Assembly: GCF_034530815.1 (NCBI RefSeq)
Contig: NZ_JAVRCK010000006.1
Location: forward strand, 8,988-72,987
Length of the DNA stretch: 64,000 nucleotides
Direction of reading: 5' to 3'
Source of the DNA: Nostoc sp. DedSLP03
Lineage (GTDB): Bacteria; Cyanobacteriota; Cyanobacteriia; Cyanobacteriales; Nostocaceae
How positions within the stretch are numbered: position 1 is the stretch's first letter; each line of letters starts with the position of its first letter. The notes beneath the pieces were generated by a model, which made no database searches, was not told the DNA's origin, and saw only the letters and a program-made list of their open reading frames with translations. The translations under genes were made by a program, and so were the position numbers. This document shows, one piece after another, positions 25,752 through 37,379 of the stretch.

Positions 25752-27296
25752 TTATGACCGATTAACTGAGTTTGTAGTAAGCACTTTAGTCATTAAATAA
25801 GAGCTATCACTATTCAAAGTTTTATTTGATGAGCCATTAGAGCCTATAGTTAACGTTTCTCTCAAAATTAATTTATTGTTCTCAATCGATAAACAAATAT
25901 TTGTTTCTTCAATAATTTTTTTCAAAAAAATTGTCAGTTTTTCAACATGCTTTTCTCTTTTTTGGTCAAAGGCTGGAATTTTCTCTCTCAATATTTTGTG
26001 AATTTGAGATATAGGAATACCACCTTGTTTCAACTGACTTAATTGCTCAATATTCTGCTTCAATTCTTCTAAAGCTTTCTTCGTTACTACTAAAATATCA
26101 TCATCATTTAATGAACTCTCGCTAATTACTTCATTAGTTGGAATATTCTCTATTTTTACCTGGGGAGCAGGTATAGGTATAAAGCGATCGCAAACAGACT
26201 TGAGAATACGATTAATTTGTCCTTCGTAAGCACATCCAATTACAGTTTTTCCATACTCATGGAGCTTTTTAGCTAAAGCGGCAAATGCACCATCGCCTGA
26301 TACAATAACGAAAACTTGCAACGTAGGACGACTCTGGGCTAATTCCATAACATCAATGGCTAGTTGCATATCTGCTGCATTCCGTTTATGGCTGTAATCA
26401 AAAATTTGAATTGCTTCGATGCCAAGTTCTTGAATTTCATTCTTGAGTAGCCTTAATCGAGAATCACTCCAGTCGGCATAAGCACATTGGATAGCAATTT
26501 TATTAACTAAGTTAGTATTTTCTAGATTTGTTTGAATTTGTTTCAGAGAAAAATTTAGATTAGGGTTGCTTCTACCCATTGTTAAATTTTCAATATCATA
26601 AAAAATAGCTGTATTGAACTGCCCAATATTAGGTGAAGTATGAGCCATGGAAGTAAACTGCTCTACACGAATCTGACGCTGCTTTAACTCTTTTAACTCA
26701 GCAATTAAAGACGTTATTTCTGGCGCTGACTCTGAACTACTCGTTTCCTGTTTTAACTCCGTAATTGTTGTTGTTAAGTCATTAACTTGTAATTTTGCTT
26801 GTTGTAATTCTTCTTGTAACTGCTCAGTTAATGTATTAATCTGACTCTGGGTTTGGACAGTCTGCTCCCGAAGTTCCCCAATGGTTCTGGAGAGAATATA
26901 CTGGCGTTGCTGATAAGCTGTTACTAAAGCTTGTTGAACGATATCACATTCTTTGGGAAAAGCTTCACGGGTACACACTTGTAAAACTGTTTCATAACCT
27001 GCAATCGCAATTTCTAAATTACTAGCAATATTCCCTTGTTCAAACTCTTGAATAATTGTACTTAGTTTGACAATAACTCTAGCTAAATTAATAGCAATGG
27101 CAGGTTCTTTAGCAAAGCGATCGCTTACCCATTTTCGCAACTTTAAAGCTAAATCATCGTTGAGTTTACTTAGGTTATGTTGCAGAATTGGATATACTTC
27201 CTGATTTTGATAAGTTGCTCTCAATAAATCAATTAGAAAGTCTTGCTCCTGGTTAGCAGCTTCATTTGGCATAGCTAAATCCCTGACAATACACAT
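25752..27296 (-). CDS. NYN-domain (LabA/limkain-type) putative RNase with coiled-coil and LOTUS/OST-HTH-like C-terminus
   Basis: 514-aa ORF. The central NYN-like core reads AIFYDIENL...IQCAYADW...VIVSGDGAFAALAKKLHEYGKTVIG. A long coiled coil precedes it. A C-terminal segment (GGIPISQIHKILREKIPAFD) looks OST-HTH-like. An alternative start lies at 27272. Confidence 0.65.
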   Translation of the reverse strand: MCIVRDLAMPNEAANQEQDFLIDLLRATYQNQEVYPILQHNLSKLNDDLALKLRKWVSDRFAKEPAIAINLARVIVKLSTIIQEFEQGNIASNLEIAIAGYETVLQVCTREAFPKECDIVQQALVTAYQQRQYILSRTIGELREQTVQTQSQINTLTEQLQEELQQAKLQVNDLTTTITELKQETSSSESAPEITSLIAELKELKQRQIRVEQFTSMAHTSPNIGQFNTAIFYDIENLTMGRSNPNLNFSLKQIQTNLENTNLVNKIAIQCAYADWSDSRLRLLKNEIQELGIEAIQIFDYSHKRNAADMQLAIDVMELAQSRPTLQVFVIVSGDGAFAALAKKLHEYGKTVIGCAYEGQINRILKSVCDRFIPIPAPQVKIENIPTNEVISESSLNDDDILVVTKKALEELKQNIEQLSQLKQGGIPISQIHKILREKIPAFDQKREKHVEKLTIFLKKIIEETNICLSIENNKLILRETLTIGSNGSSNKTLNSDSSYLMTKVLTTNSVNRS

Positions 27297-27335
27297 TTAA
27301 ATTTAGTATTCCCAAGTTTTCATGCTATTGAACAA

Positions 27336-28208
27336 TTAAAGCGGTGTAATCCAATAAGTAATGCCTCTAATAGCTTGTTTTTTAAAACCATACAAAGATA
27401 AATTATCTTCAGATAAACCCACATAAGTCCAATGTGGAACATCGTTTTCTACAGTTTGAAACCAACCATTTTGATTAAGAGCTTTTCTTTGCTCTTTACT
27501 ACCTACGCGTAAATCAATGGCTAATCCCCAGAGATGTTGTGAAGTTCCGGGAGGGGCAACTAAACCGAGAATTTTTGTTTCTTTACCTTGTTGAACTTTT
27601 GCTAAAACTCGATCGTCAGCATACTTGTGCCAAAATCTTAAATTCGTGTTGAAAGTGCGAGTGCAATCACCAGAGCCATAACCAGATTTTAGCGGAATTT
27701 GTTGTTGGACTCGCGCTTTATTTAAAGCATCAGCCGCCGATTTTTGTAAATAACAATCGTTAGTGCCATCAACATGACCCATTGTTAAACTAGCTTGAAA
27801 CTCTTGGGTTTCTTGTTCATTAACAAAAATATTTTTTGGTGGTAGTTTAATTCCAATATCGGGATTTACGAATACTGCACCATAGCTTCGTAGCAAAGTA
27901 TATTCATAAGTACCAAGCTGGGGAATTGTAGGTAATTTTCTAGCGATCGCAGATAAAAAACGCTGTTTAGCATCTAATTTGGGATCGGGAATAAATGGTT
28001 CCGAGCTTGGATTTTTAGAGGTATCTATACAAGGTAATGAATTATTAATCAAGCATTCTTGTAATGGTTGAGCAGTTATAGCAACTTTGTGGTGGCTAAT
28101 CTCATTGCTAGCTACTAATACAAAAATCATCAATATAACGATACTGATGAAACTTGTCTTTCTAATAAACCTAGTAAGATTTCTTTGATTTTTGAGGGTA
28201 AGTTTCAT
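27336..28208 (-). CDS. VanY/M15B-family D-alanyl-D-alanine carboxypeptidase-like protein
   Basis: 290-aa ORF with an N-terminal TM anchor and a zinc-peptidase motif SxHxxGxAxD (GTSQHLWGLAIDL), then a later His (VPHWTY). Confidence 0.75.
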   Translation of the reverse strand: MKLTLKNQRNLTRFIRKTSFISIVILMIFVLVASNEISHHKVAITAQPLQECLINNSLPCIDTSKNPSSEPFIPDPKLDAKQRFLSAIARKLPTIPQLGTYEYTLLRSYGAVFVNPDIGIKLPPKNIFVNEQETQEFQASLTMGHVDGTNDCYLQKSAADALNKARVQQQIPLKSGYGSGDCTRTFNTNLRFWHKYADDRVLAKVQQGKETKILGLVAPPGTSQHLWGLAIDLRVGSKEQRKALNQNGWFQTVENDVPHWTYVGLSEDNLSLYGFKKQAIRGITYWITPL

Positions 28209-28591
28209 TCTAAATAATTAATTAGCGATCGAGAATAAAGTTAATACTTTTTTTGGGAATATTGATTATTGATGAATTAAAGTCGCAGATAGTTTATCGA
28301 CACTGAATTATCGTTAAATTCAAATTCGATAAAACATCTAATATATACCAGCTGTCAATTAATTTGTGCTGGGTTAACGCTCTGAACAACAACTGCGAGC
28401 GAAAAACCGGAATGTTGTCACAAATTTTAAAAAGATGAGAATTTTCACTTATTACTAAACTTAAAAAATGGAACCTTGTTTTTAATTGAGTACTAGTAAG
28501 TTTGATAACTTTTTTATCAGAAAGTTACATCCATGAAACCACTGGAACAGTTAAAATTGAAAAGAACTCTAAGCTTGCCGATCCTGTAAGT

Positions 28592-30514
28592 ATGACCATG
28601 CACAATTCCGTTGAATTCCAAGACGCTTTTGATGTCATAGTCGTCGGTGCAGGTCACTCCGGTTGCGAAGCAGCTCTTGCCTCTGCACGCCTCGGTTGTC
28701 GTACCCTGCTATTGACGCTCAACTTGGATAAAATCGCTTGGCAACCTTGTAACCCAGCAGTAGGTGGCCCAGCTAAATCTCAGTTGACTCATGAGGTAGA
28801 TGCACTCGGCGGCGAAATTGGTAAAGTAGCAGATCGCACCTACTTGCAAAAACGTATCCTCAACTCTTCACGGGGACCTGCTGTTTGGGCATTACGCGCC
28901 CAGACGGACAAGCGCGAATATGCAGCGGTGATGAAAAATGTTGTTGAGAATCAAGAAAACTTGACAATCCGCGAAAGTATGGCAACAGATTTGGTGCTGG
29001 GCGCTAATGATGAAGTCATCGGCGTTGAAACATATTTTGGTGTAGGATTCCAATGTAAAGCAGTCATCTTGACAACCGGCACCTTCCTGGGAGGCAAAAT
29101 TTGGGTTGGTAACAAATCAATGCCAGCCGGACGTGCTGGGGAATTTGCGGCTGAAGGATTGACACAAACCCTAAATCGCCTGGGATTTGAAACCGGCAGA
29201 CTTAAAACTGGAACTCCAGCGCGAGTAGATAAGCGATCGGTAGATTATAGTAAAATGCTCATCCAGCCAGGAGATGAAGATGTGCGCTGGTTTAGCTTTG
29301 ACCCAGATGTGTGGATAGAACGGGAACAGATGCCTTGCTACATCACCCGCACAACCCCCGAAACCCATCGCCTGATTCAAGAAAATTTGCACCTGTCGCC
29401 AGTTTATGGTGGTTGGGTGGAAGCCAAAGGGCCGCGCTATTGTCCCAGTATCGAAGATAAGATTGTCCGGTTTGCCGACAAGGAAAGCCACCAAATCTTT
29501 ATTGAACCAGAAGGAAGGGATATACCCGAACTGTATATCCAAGGGTTTTCTACAGGGTTGCCAGAAAATTTGCAACTGCAAATGTTGCGGACTCTCCCTG
29601 GTTTGGAAAAATGTGTGATGCTGCGTCCCGCTTATGCAGTGGAATATGACTATTTACCAGCAACTCAGTGTTACCCCACACTAATGACTAAAAAGATTGC
29701 GGGGCTGTTTTGTGCTGGGCAGATTAACGGCACCACAGGTTACGAAGAAGCTGCTGCTCAAGGGCTGGTGGCGGGAATTAATGCCGCTCGATTTGTTTGC
29801 TCTCAAGAAATGATTGTCTTTGCCCGCGAGCAAAGTTACATTGGGACGCTAGTTGATGACCTGTGTACAAAAGACCTGCGAGAACCTTACCGGATGCTCA
29901 CCAGTAGGTCAGAGTACCGATTGCTATTGCGTTCTGACAATGCCGACCAACGTCTGACACCCTTGGGAAGGGAGATTGGTTTAATTGACGATCGCCGCTG
30001 GGATATATTTACTCAAAAACAGGGTAATATCACCACAGAAAAACAAAGATTGCAAGCCACACGAGTTAAAGAACATGATGAAATTGGAATAGCGATCGCA
30101 TCTGATACCCAACAAGCAATTAAAGGTTCGATTACCCTCAACGACTTGTTGCGGCGTCCAGGATTACATTACGTTGACCTCGACAGGTTCGGACTAGGAA
30201 ACCCCAACCTCAACCGGGTCGAGAAAGAAGGCGCAGAAATTGACATCAAGTATTCTGGCTATCTCGCAAGGCAACAAAATCAAATTGACCAAATTGCCCG
30301 CCAAGCGCACCGCCAGTTACCTGGGGATTTAGACTACACAACAATTGATACTCTTTCTAAAGAGGCACGGGAAAAGCTGACTCACATAAAACCACTCACC
30401 CTTGGTCAAGCTGCACGTATAGGTGGTGTAAACCCAGCGGATATTAACGCCTTATTATTATATCTAGAATTGCGTAGAACCAAGAGCCAGTCTGAGTTTC
30501 CAGCGTTAGCTTAA
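28592..30514 (+). CDS. mnmG: tRNA uridine-5-carboxymethylaminomethyl(34) synthesis enzyme MnmG (GidA)
   Basis: FAD-binding start [23 protein letters not shown] with full-length MnmG similarity. The ATG at 28592 is preferred over the upstream TTG-type start of the ORF track. Confidence 0.93.
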   Translation: MTMHNSVEFQDAFDVIVVGAGHSGCEAALASARLGCRTLLLTLNLDKIAWQPCNPAVGGPAKSQLTHEVDALGGEIGKVADRTYLQKRILNSSRGPAVWALRAQTDKREYAAVMKNVVENQENLTIRESMATDLVLGANDEVIGVETYFGVGFQCKAVILTTGTFLGGKIWVGNKSMPAGRAGEFAAEGLTQTLNRLGFETGRLKTGTPARVDKRSVDYSKMLIQPGDEDVRWFSFDPDVWIEREQMPCYITRTTPETHRLIQENLHLSPVYGGWVEAKGPRYCPSIEDKIVRFADKESHQIFIEPEGRDIPELYIQGFSTGLPENLQLQMLRTLPGLEKCVMLRPAYAVEYDYLPATQCYPTLMTKKIAGLFCAGQINGTTGYEEAAAQGLVAGINAARFVCSQEMIVFAREQSYIGTLVDDLCTKDLREPYRMLTSRSEYRLLLRSDNADQRLTPLGREIGLIDDRRWDIFTQKQGNITTEKQRLQATRVKEHDEIGIAIASDTQQAIKGSITLNDLLRRPGLHYVDLDRFGLGNPNLNRVEKEGAEIDIKYSGYLARQQNQIDQIARQAHRQLPGDLDYTTIDTLSKEAREKLTHIKPLTLGQAARIGGVNPADINALLLYLELRRTKSQSEFPALA

Positions 30515-30972
30515 TACAAGCTTGATAAAGACTGAGTATAGTAGTAGGGAGAGAGATTGGTATGATAGATGACATAAAGATTAATAGTGGCATCATCAAC
30601 AATCCCCAGATGCAAGTTGAGTTTAATACCAACACTCAATCAACTTATCTCAATCAGATGGGGGATTGGATGTTTCATTATTCAGGAGGCAGTGTTTCGA
30701 CTACGCTCAACAACCACGCAGGAGTAACCCACGCACAACTGCATAGGATTGGCGCAAGACCGGAGGCAAAGCGGCTCCTCTGTTTGTATCTTGCCCGATA
30801 CATCTCAATACAATTCTTCTTTTTAAACAGGGTAATCACCCAGGAATAAAGTTTTTATTCATACTTATTTCCTTCAGTAAGAACTGCCCTCGACCTACTG
30901 CCTCCTCTGATAATCCTAATTTTCAGGCGTAGGGGTGGCGTTTCCTCGTCCAAGCAACAACCCAGAACGTCT

Positions 30973-32322
30973 ATGTTACAAGAAGCCAGCACCCGTCTCA
31001 TAGTACCAGAACCATCAGAAGACTTAATCACCAACGAGCCTTGGTCGATAGAAAACTATGCTGATGGCTTAATGGATGAACTCTTTGCCGATATCGACTA
31101 CATTCTGGATGCTAGTGGTAATCTGCCTTCTCAAACTGTTAGGCACAGTAGTCAGAACAGATGGAGCCACTCTGTTGCTGGAGTTTCCGCCCAAGCTCAA
31201 CGCCAATCGCCTCCAGAATACGTGCCTCTGCAAACAGTTACGATCCCACAGATTACTTTAAACCAAGGAGTACAGTCAGTTGCTCAAGATCGGCACAAGC
31301 AATTGAGTACCGTTGTATTTGGCACCTCTACTGTTAAACCAGTTAGTAGAAAGCGTCAAAAAACTAGTTCGGTTTTGGGCAAACTGCTGATTGTCGGAAC
31401 AACTTTAGGCGTGGCGATCGCTAGTACGATCTACTTGGTGCAGTCTGGAGTCGTATATCTTTTAAATAACAAATTGCCTGAGTCAGCGCTTCTATTGCCG
31501 CAATCGCAGTCACGGTTGCCCGTAAAAACAGAAATTGAGGCAGAGTTAGTTGACTATATGCTCCAAGCGCTGGCTGTTATAGACAAGCAAGGAGCAAAAA
31601 GCAATCAAAAATCTTTCAATCCAGGATTCTCCAGTCAGGCAAATACTAACCAAATAGCCTTTGGTCGCCAGCAAGCAACTGGTAATCTACCAGCACTTCC
31701 ACTTCTAGCTAATAATACACCACCAGCCCCTAATCGTTCTGGAAGCGTTGTTGAGCGCATCTATGTCCCCGTTTATCAAGCGCCGTCACCAATGCGCTAC
31801 GCCCTTCCAGCCATTCCGGGGACTCCCACACTTTTACCACAAGTTGCCAGTGCGTTACGGGTATCTCAACCTAATGTTGTGAAAACTGCCCTGAATACAG
31901 TGCGACAAGCTGCCAAGCCTGTAACTGTAAATATGATGGCTGCGGCTGTACGAGCCGAACTCAAACCGGTGGCAGCCAAAACTGCACCCATTACCGTGCG
32001 CCAAACACCCAAACCTCTGCCTGCATTACCAGTAGTTCCATTGCGTGCTGCACTCGCACCAGAGTCAGAACCAACTATTACCCAAGAACAAGTATATCCG
32101 GCAACTGCGATCGCAGTTGCTCCGAGTAATACCTTAGAGGGATTGCTGGAGTTGGGCAACAAATCTGCCGCTTTGTTTAAAATTGATGGTGTGACTCGCC
32201 GCATCAATATGGGTGAAAGTATCGGCTCAAGCGGTTGGACACTAGTAGATGTCAGTAATGGCGAAGCAGTTGTCCGACGTAACGGCGAAGTGCGATCGAT
32301 TTATGCAGGACAGAAACTATAA
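30973..32322 (+). CDS. hypothetical protein (acidic N-terminus, one TM, Pro/Ala-rich middle, small beta-rich C-terminal domain)
   Basis: 449-aa ORF with a TM segment near residue 140 (LLIVGTTLGVAIASTIYLV). The C-terminal ~60 aa (ALFKIDGVTRRINMGESIGSSGWTLVDVSNGEAVVRRNGEVRSI) recall PilP/GspC-type domains. Weak. Confidence 0.5.
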   Translation: MLQEASTRLIVPEPSEDLITNEPWSIENYADGLMDELFADIDYILDASGNLPSQTVRHSSQNRWSHSVAGVSAQAQRQSPPEYVPLQTVTIPQITLNQGVQSVAQDRHKQLSTVVFGTSTVKPVSRKRQKTSSVLGKLLIVGTTLGVAIASTIYLVQSGVVYLLNNKLPESALLLPQSQSRLPVKTEIEAELVDYMLQALAVIDKQGAKSNQKSFNPGFSSQANTNQIAFGRQQATGNLPALPLLANNTPPAPNRSGSVVERIYVPVYQAPSPMRYALPAIPGTPTLLPQVASALRVSQPNVVKTALNTVRQAAKPVTVNMMAAAVRAELKPVAAKTAPITVRQTPKPLPALPVVPLRAALAPESEPTITQEQVYPATAIAVAPSNTLEGLLELGNKSAALFKIDGVTRRINMGESIGSSGWTLVDVSNGEAVVRRNGEVRSIYAGQKL

Positions 32323-33226
32323 ATTTTTTAACTCACTATCTGATTGAGGGGAGTTTAAAGATTAAACTCATCTATCACCATTAACAGTACTGCAACCAGT
32401 AATAATTGATTGAAATAATTTGATCGCGTCAAATAGTCCTCTATTTCTGTCAGCACTGTTAAGATTGCCTAGCCTAGCTAATGCGATCGCGCCTTAATAG
32501 TTTTAATATTATCAGCTTTATTGATAGCAAGATCGCTTTTACCTCCAGCAGACTCTAGTAACTATTGAGCAAGGATACTTTTTTGAGAATTTGCCTATTG
32601 ATTTCGATAACTTTGATACTTTAAATGCCAACTTGTGTAAATACTGTTGCTAAATCTTTATTAAAATAAGTCTCGGTTAAATCATCTAGTAATGACATAG
32701 TTCTGTCCTTTGAAAAAGTATTTGCATAACCCTTCGCCTAATAATGCTTTTTCTCAAAACGGACATCCAAAATCGGGTAATTTCCTGGCTTAATATCAAA
32801 TTTCATTGGGTTTATCTCCTTTTGTAGCTTGAGAGTTACGCATTCGCTACACTGTTATTAACCCAAATGTTTAGGTGTAGTCTGTCGTAGGCATCGGTTT
32901 GCTGATGAGAAAAAGTAAATATTTACTATAAATAGCTGGAAATTTCGTCTAATTATCTCATAAATCAGTGAAATACCACAACGTTTAATCAATATAAGCA
33001 GAAAATCAGGTTTGTGGTGAAGAATTAAAAGACAATATTGAATTTCCCTATCTAAAGATGGTTCACAGAAATAAATTTCAATGTTAAAACTATAATTTAT
33101 GTTTATTTTAGTTACACTACAGTGACTATATGGAAACCTACATCTTGCATATATCTTGCTTAAACAAGATATATTGAGCTAAAAAAGTTAGTTTGCTAAT
33201 TGATGTAATCCTGAAACCTTAACAAC

Positions 33227-34204
33227 ATGAAACAACCTAACTATTTTCAAAATAATTCTAAAAACTCTTTAAAAGAAAAGTACCATCTTTATAAAGGCGA
33301 AAAGCTGAACTGGCTTCAAGTAGCTCTTCGGCTTGAAAGGTCAATTATCTCTATTATTCTTCCTTGGGTAATATTTTGTAGTATATATGGTACTTTTATA
33401 TCATTTTTATATCATTTAGGATTACCAATAGCATTTTCAGATTCTAGTAATATTCTTACCAATGCTGTTTTAAGCTTTAATATTGGCTTTACATTACTAT
33501 TAGTATTTCGGACGAATACAGCCCATGATAGATTTTGGGAAGGTCGTCAACTATGGGGAGCTTTAGTTAATACATCGCGTAATTTAACTCGGGGAATCGC
33601 GATAATAGTTAAAGAGAAGACACCACAAGATAAATTAGAAAAGGAAGCAATGCTTCGGTTAGTAACTGCTTTTGCAGTTGCAATGAAGTTACATCTAAGA
33701 TCGGTGCCTTTAGACAGTCAGTTGGCATCATTAATGTCTGAAAAACAATATTTACACCTCCAACATAGCGATCATCCTCCACTACAAATTGCTTATTGGA
33801 TAGGAGATTACTTGCAGTACCAGCATGACCGAAATTGTCTAAATGTCTATCAACTAACTACTTTACATAATTGTGTAGATGATTTAGTCGATATTTTAGG
33901 TGGTTGCGAACGCATTTTAAAAACACCGCTGCCTTTGATATATACTATTAAACTCAGACAACTGTTATTAATTTTTTGTCTTATATTACCTTTGGAAATT
34001 GTGAGCTTTTTAAATTGGTGGACTGGTATAGTAATGGCTTTTGTAAGTTTTACATTATTAAGTATTGAACAAATTGGCTCAGAAATCGAAGAACCTTTTG
34101 GCTTTGATCCTAATGACTTGCCTTTAAATACTATTTGCAATACAATCTCCAACAATGTTGAAGAATTAATCAGGCTTACTTCTAACAATGTTCGTTCTTA
34201 TTAA
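33227..34204 (+). CDS. bestrophin-family (UPF0187/YneE-like) anion channel
   Basis: 325-aa ORF with the typical motif FRTNTAHDRFWEGRQLWG and four TM segments. Confidence 0.8.
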   Translation: MKQPNYFQNNSKNSLKEKYHLYKGEKLNWLQVALRLERSIISIILPWVIFCSIYGTFISFLYHLGLPIAFSDSSNILTNAVLSFNIGFTLLLVFRTNTAHDRFWEGRQLWGALVNTSRNLTRGIAIIVKEKTPQDKLEKEAMLRLVTAFAVAMKLHLRSVPLDSQLASLMSEKQYLHLQHSDHPPLQIAYWIGDYLQYQHDRNCLNVYQLTTLHNCVDDLVDILGGCERILKTPLPLIYTIKLRQLLLIFCLILPLEIVSFLNWWTGIVMAFVSFTLLSIEQIGSEIEEPFGFDPNDLPLNTICNTISNNVEELIRLTSNNVRSY

Positions 34205-34266
34205 ATCTGTAAAAAAGTTTTATCAGTCAACTTTTGAGAAAATACTTGGCTGAAAAATATAAGAGT

Positions 34267-34887
34267 TTAATAAACACTTCGCCAAGCTTTTACCGTCCCT
34301 TTACCAATTTCGCTATCAACAGTTTGACCTCCTTCCAAGACTAGTCTGATATCTAAGTTCTCATCTGGAGCATTTTTCAAAGCAGCGGCTAATTCTTGAC
34401 TGACAACAAACGTGCCGATTGGACCGTCTAATTGAAAAACTTTTTCTCTGACCTTGAGCAAAAGCTTATCGACTTTTTTAGTCGTGACAAATCTAAGATA
34501 GTCAGGTCTAGGATAGACACGACCGGCGGTGTAGAAAGAAGACATTGCTTGACCCGAATTTACTGTTACGAGTACTCGAATACTCGAAGGTGTCCACAAA
34601 CTAATAACTTGCGTTGAACCCCCACGGTACAAATAGCCACCTAAAGAATTGCGGTCGAAAACCCCAAGAAACTCCCCTTCAAAAGGGTCAACAATTTTTA
34701 CGGTTTTTGACCAAGGCACATCCATATCGGGGGACAGTCCAGCCGATTTGACCGTTGGCAAATCGCTTGATGCTTGAGCAAGAATAGCTATTTGTTGAAC
34801 AGTGAAAGCAGCACAATGTTGAGGGGAAATTACAGCCAAGCTAGCCCCAAAAAGAAGAACTGGAATCGTTTGCGGTAACTTCATCAT
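34267..34887 (-). CDS. hypothetical secreted protein
   Basis: 206-aa ORF with a signal-like N-terminus (LPQTIPVLLFGASLAVISPQHCAA). No family recognised. Confidence 0.45.
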   Translation of the reverse strand: MMKLPQTIPVLLFGASLAVISPQHCAAFTVQQIAILAQASSDLPTVKSAGLSPDMDVPWSKTVKIVDPFEGEFLGVFDRNSLGGYLYRGGSTQVISLWTPSSIRVLVTVNSGQAMSSFYTAGRVYPRPDYLRFVTTKKVDKLLLKVREKVFQLDGPIGTFVVSQELAAALKNAPDENLDIRLVLEGGQTVDSEIGKGTVKAWRSVY

Positions 34888-34920
34888 AAATAAATCAGGG
34901 GTATAATCTTCAAATGGTTC

Positions 34921-36291
34921 TTACTGCAAAACAGTTTGCCTCACTTCAACTGGTTCACCCGTCAAACTAAAAGGTCTAACTTCGGTAATTTTTACCTTCA
35001 CTAACTGCCCTTTGAGTTCTTTGATGTTGCCGCTAAAAAAGGTCAAACGATTACCGCCAGTACGTCCCATCACCTGGGTTGAATCTTTAGGATTTTGGTC
35101 TTCTACTAAAACTTCTTCAATGCGTCCAAAGTAACGTTGCGATCGCTCTGCTACTTTCAAGTTTCCCAGATGATTGAGTCGTTGTAGGCGATCGCTTTTA
35201 ATTTCTTCACTCAGTTGATTGTCCCACAAAGCGGCTGGTGTCCCCGGACGCGGTGAATATGCTGCTGTATTCAACATATCAAAGCCAATATCTTCCACCA
35301 GTTTTAGGGTATTTTCAAACTGTGCTTCTGTCTCTCCAGGAAAACCAACTATTACATCGGCACTAATCGAGGCATCTGGCATATACCGACGAATGGTATC
35401 GATAATCCGGCGATATTTCTCCTGGGTATAACCCCGCGCCATCGCCTTTAAAAGTTCATTATCTCCAGATTGAAAGGGAATGTGGAAGTGTTCGCACACC
35501 TTGGGCAATTCAGCACAAGCCTGAATTAATCTCTCAGTAAAATAACGGGGATGGCTAGTAGCAAATCTTAGCCTTTCAATCCCCGGTACATCATGCACGT
35601 AATAAAGCAAATCTGTAAAGTTGTGCAGATGCCGACCTTCTGGTGTGACTCCAGGTAAATCTCTGCCGTAAGCATCAATATTTTGACCGAGTAGAGTAAT
35701 TTCTTTGTAACCTTGCCGTCCTAATTCTTCCATTTCAGCCCGGATAGCTGATGGTGTGCGAGATTGTTCGACACCGCGCACATTGGGAACCACGCAATAG
35801 GTGCAACGTTCGTTACAGCCGTAAATCACATTTACCCAAGCGGTCACTGTACTATCTCGTCGCGGCTGGGTAATATCTTCAATAATGTGAACTGCCTCGG
35901 TTGCTACAACTTGATTGCCTTCAAATACTGACTCCAACAAGTCTTTGAGACGATTGGCGTGTTGTGGCCCCATTACCAAATCTAGTTCTGGCACTCGCCG
36001 CAACAGCGCTTCTCCTTCTTGCTGGGCAACACAACCAGCAACGATAAGAGTTAAATCAGGCTGCTCGTGTTTGCGCTTTGCTTGTCTGCCAAGATAGGAA
36101 TATACCTTTTGTTCGGCATTATCCCGAATGGTGCAGGTATTGTAGAGAATCACATCTGCATGATTCGGGTCTTGGCACCACTCAAAGCCCATGTCTTCCA
36201 AAACGCCAGCCATGCGCTCTGAGTCAGCTTTATTCATCTGACAACCGAAAGTAGTAATGTGGTATTGGCGTTTAGAAGTGGTCATGGGCAA
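34921..36291 (-). CDS. miaB: tRNA-i6A37 methylthiotransferase MiaB
   Basis: 456-aa ORF with the UPF0004 Cys triad (FGCQMN...), a radical-SAM CxxxCxxC ([11 protein letters not shown]) and a C-terminal TRAM domain. Confidence 0.92.
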   Translation of the reverse strand: MPMTTSKRQYHITTFGCQMNKADSERMAGVLEDMGFEWCQDPNHADVILYNTCTIRDNAEQKVYSYLGRQAKRKHEQPDLTLIVAGCVAQQEGEALLRRVPELDLVMGPQHANRLKDLLESVFEGNQVVATEAVHIIEDITQPRRDSTVTAWVNVIYGCNERCTYCVVPNVRGVEQSRTPSAIRAEMEELGRQGYKEITLLGQNIDAYGRDLPGVTPEGRHLHNFTDLLYYVHDVPGIERLRFATSHPRYFTERLIQACAELPKVCEHFHIPFQSGDNELLKAMARGYTQEKYRRIIDTIRRYMPDASISADVIVGFPGETEAQFENTLKLVEDIGFDMLNTAAYSPRPGTPAALWDNQLSEEIKSDRLQRLNHLGNLKVAERSQRYFGRIEEVLVEDQNPKDSTQVMGRTGGNRLTFFSGNIKELKGQLVKVKITEVRPFSLTGEPVEVRQTVLQ

Positions 36292-36435
36292 TTCTGCTGA
36301 ATCAGCGTAATGTTATGTCAGGTTTATTTCTATTCTATAACGCTCTTAAGCTGCTTCAGGAGTGCTGAGTACCTTGGCTCAGATTCCTTTTAATATTTCA
36401 AGATAAAAACCTCAAGAAGTTACAAGCTGCAAGCA

Positions 36436-37017
36436 TTAGCGGTGATGAAATTCCACCTCTTTCTCCAAAATCCTGATGTCATAGTTGCCAAAGAAATCGT
36501 GACCTAGTAGCCCGATGCTTGCTTTTGGTGCGATCGCTACTTGAAGATTATTGGCTGTAACTCCACCTACTGCAATAGATTTTACCTTACTGGTTGAAAA
36601 TTTTACTTCACTACCATCAGCAATTTGGGCTTGCATTGTACCTGTAGCCTGAAGATTAAGTGTATTCGCCATATCTTGAGTGATAATGGTTCCACTAGCA
36701 CCTGTATCTACAATCATTTCAAAGGTTTTTTTGTCGTTGAAGGTGACATCAATCACAGGAGTTCCACCAAAACGGCGTTTGATTGAGACTCGAAAAACTT
36801 TGTTATCTGAAGGTGCGGCGATGATATTGCCACAAATCCTTTCTAATCCAACAATTTTACCAGAAGGAGTTATCATGTAACACGCTCCTGGATCGTCTGC
36901 TATTGCCCGATGAGAGAATGCTAAAAATATCAGCGTCGGCATTAGTGCGTAGGCGTAGACCGTCATAGACATCACAAGGTTAACGGTCGTAATCCAACGC
37001 TTCCAAGCATTCTTCAT
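36436..37017 (-). CDS. retropepsin-like (clan AA) aspartic protease, membrane-anchored
   Basis: 193-aa ORF with an N-terminal TM segment and a catalytic DTG motif (MIVDTGASGTIIT). Confidence 0.7.
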   Translation of the reverse strand: MKNAWKRWITTVNLVMSMTVYAYALMPTLIFLAFSHRAIADDPGACYMITPSGKIVGLERICGNIIAAPSDNKVFRVSIKRRFGGTPVIDVTFNDKKTFEMIVDTGASGTIITQDMANTLNLQATGTMQAQIADGSEVKFSTSKVKSIAVGGVTANNLQVAIAPKASIGLLGHDFFGNYDIRILEKEVEFHHR

Positions 37018-37379
37018 GTTATACTGCTCTCCAATTTTTGTGATTACTCTTAATAGCTAAACTCATCATGGCGGCTGTAAAACATGATATTAAAAGCACA
37101 AATTTATAATATAAAAATTTAGTATTTATTAATTTAAAATAGAAATTCAATTTTTATCTGTTTACAACTAGATATTTTTGCCCAATTTTTGTAGTTTTAT
37201 TTAACCGATAAAGTTTTTTATCTAATGTGTTTCAATGAAAATGAATTTGCATTTTACTCAATAAATTTTACCTAGAATTACTGATTGATAAATTAAAGAT
37301 TAGGTAAAGACATGATAAAAATACTTAGAGCAGACGAAATCTGACATACTAAGAAGTTGGATAAGATAAATTTGTTAAC

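Noticed and set aside
30680-30800. GC-richer block downstream of mnmG containing gtttcgac (tmRNA-like 5' motif), and the 95-aa ORF 30562-30849.
   Set aside because: I found no tRNA-like 3' end, no tag-peptide reading frame with a stop, and no conserved tmRNA pseudoknot sequences. The ORF has no recognisable family and an odd C-terminus. I leave it unannotated. It could still be a small gene or a leader of the 449-aa gene.
32440-32810. Minus-strand frame starting at a well-placed RBS (aaaggagataaaccca ATG). It reads MKFDIKPGNYPILDVRFEKKHY*, then continues in the same frame through two more in-frame stops. Possible decayed gene.
   Set aside because: In this AT-rich spacer, four stops in ~110 codons is only slightly fewer than chance expectation. 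No family is recognisable. The 22-aa first ORF alone is unsupported.
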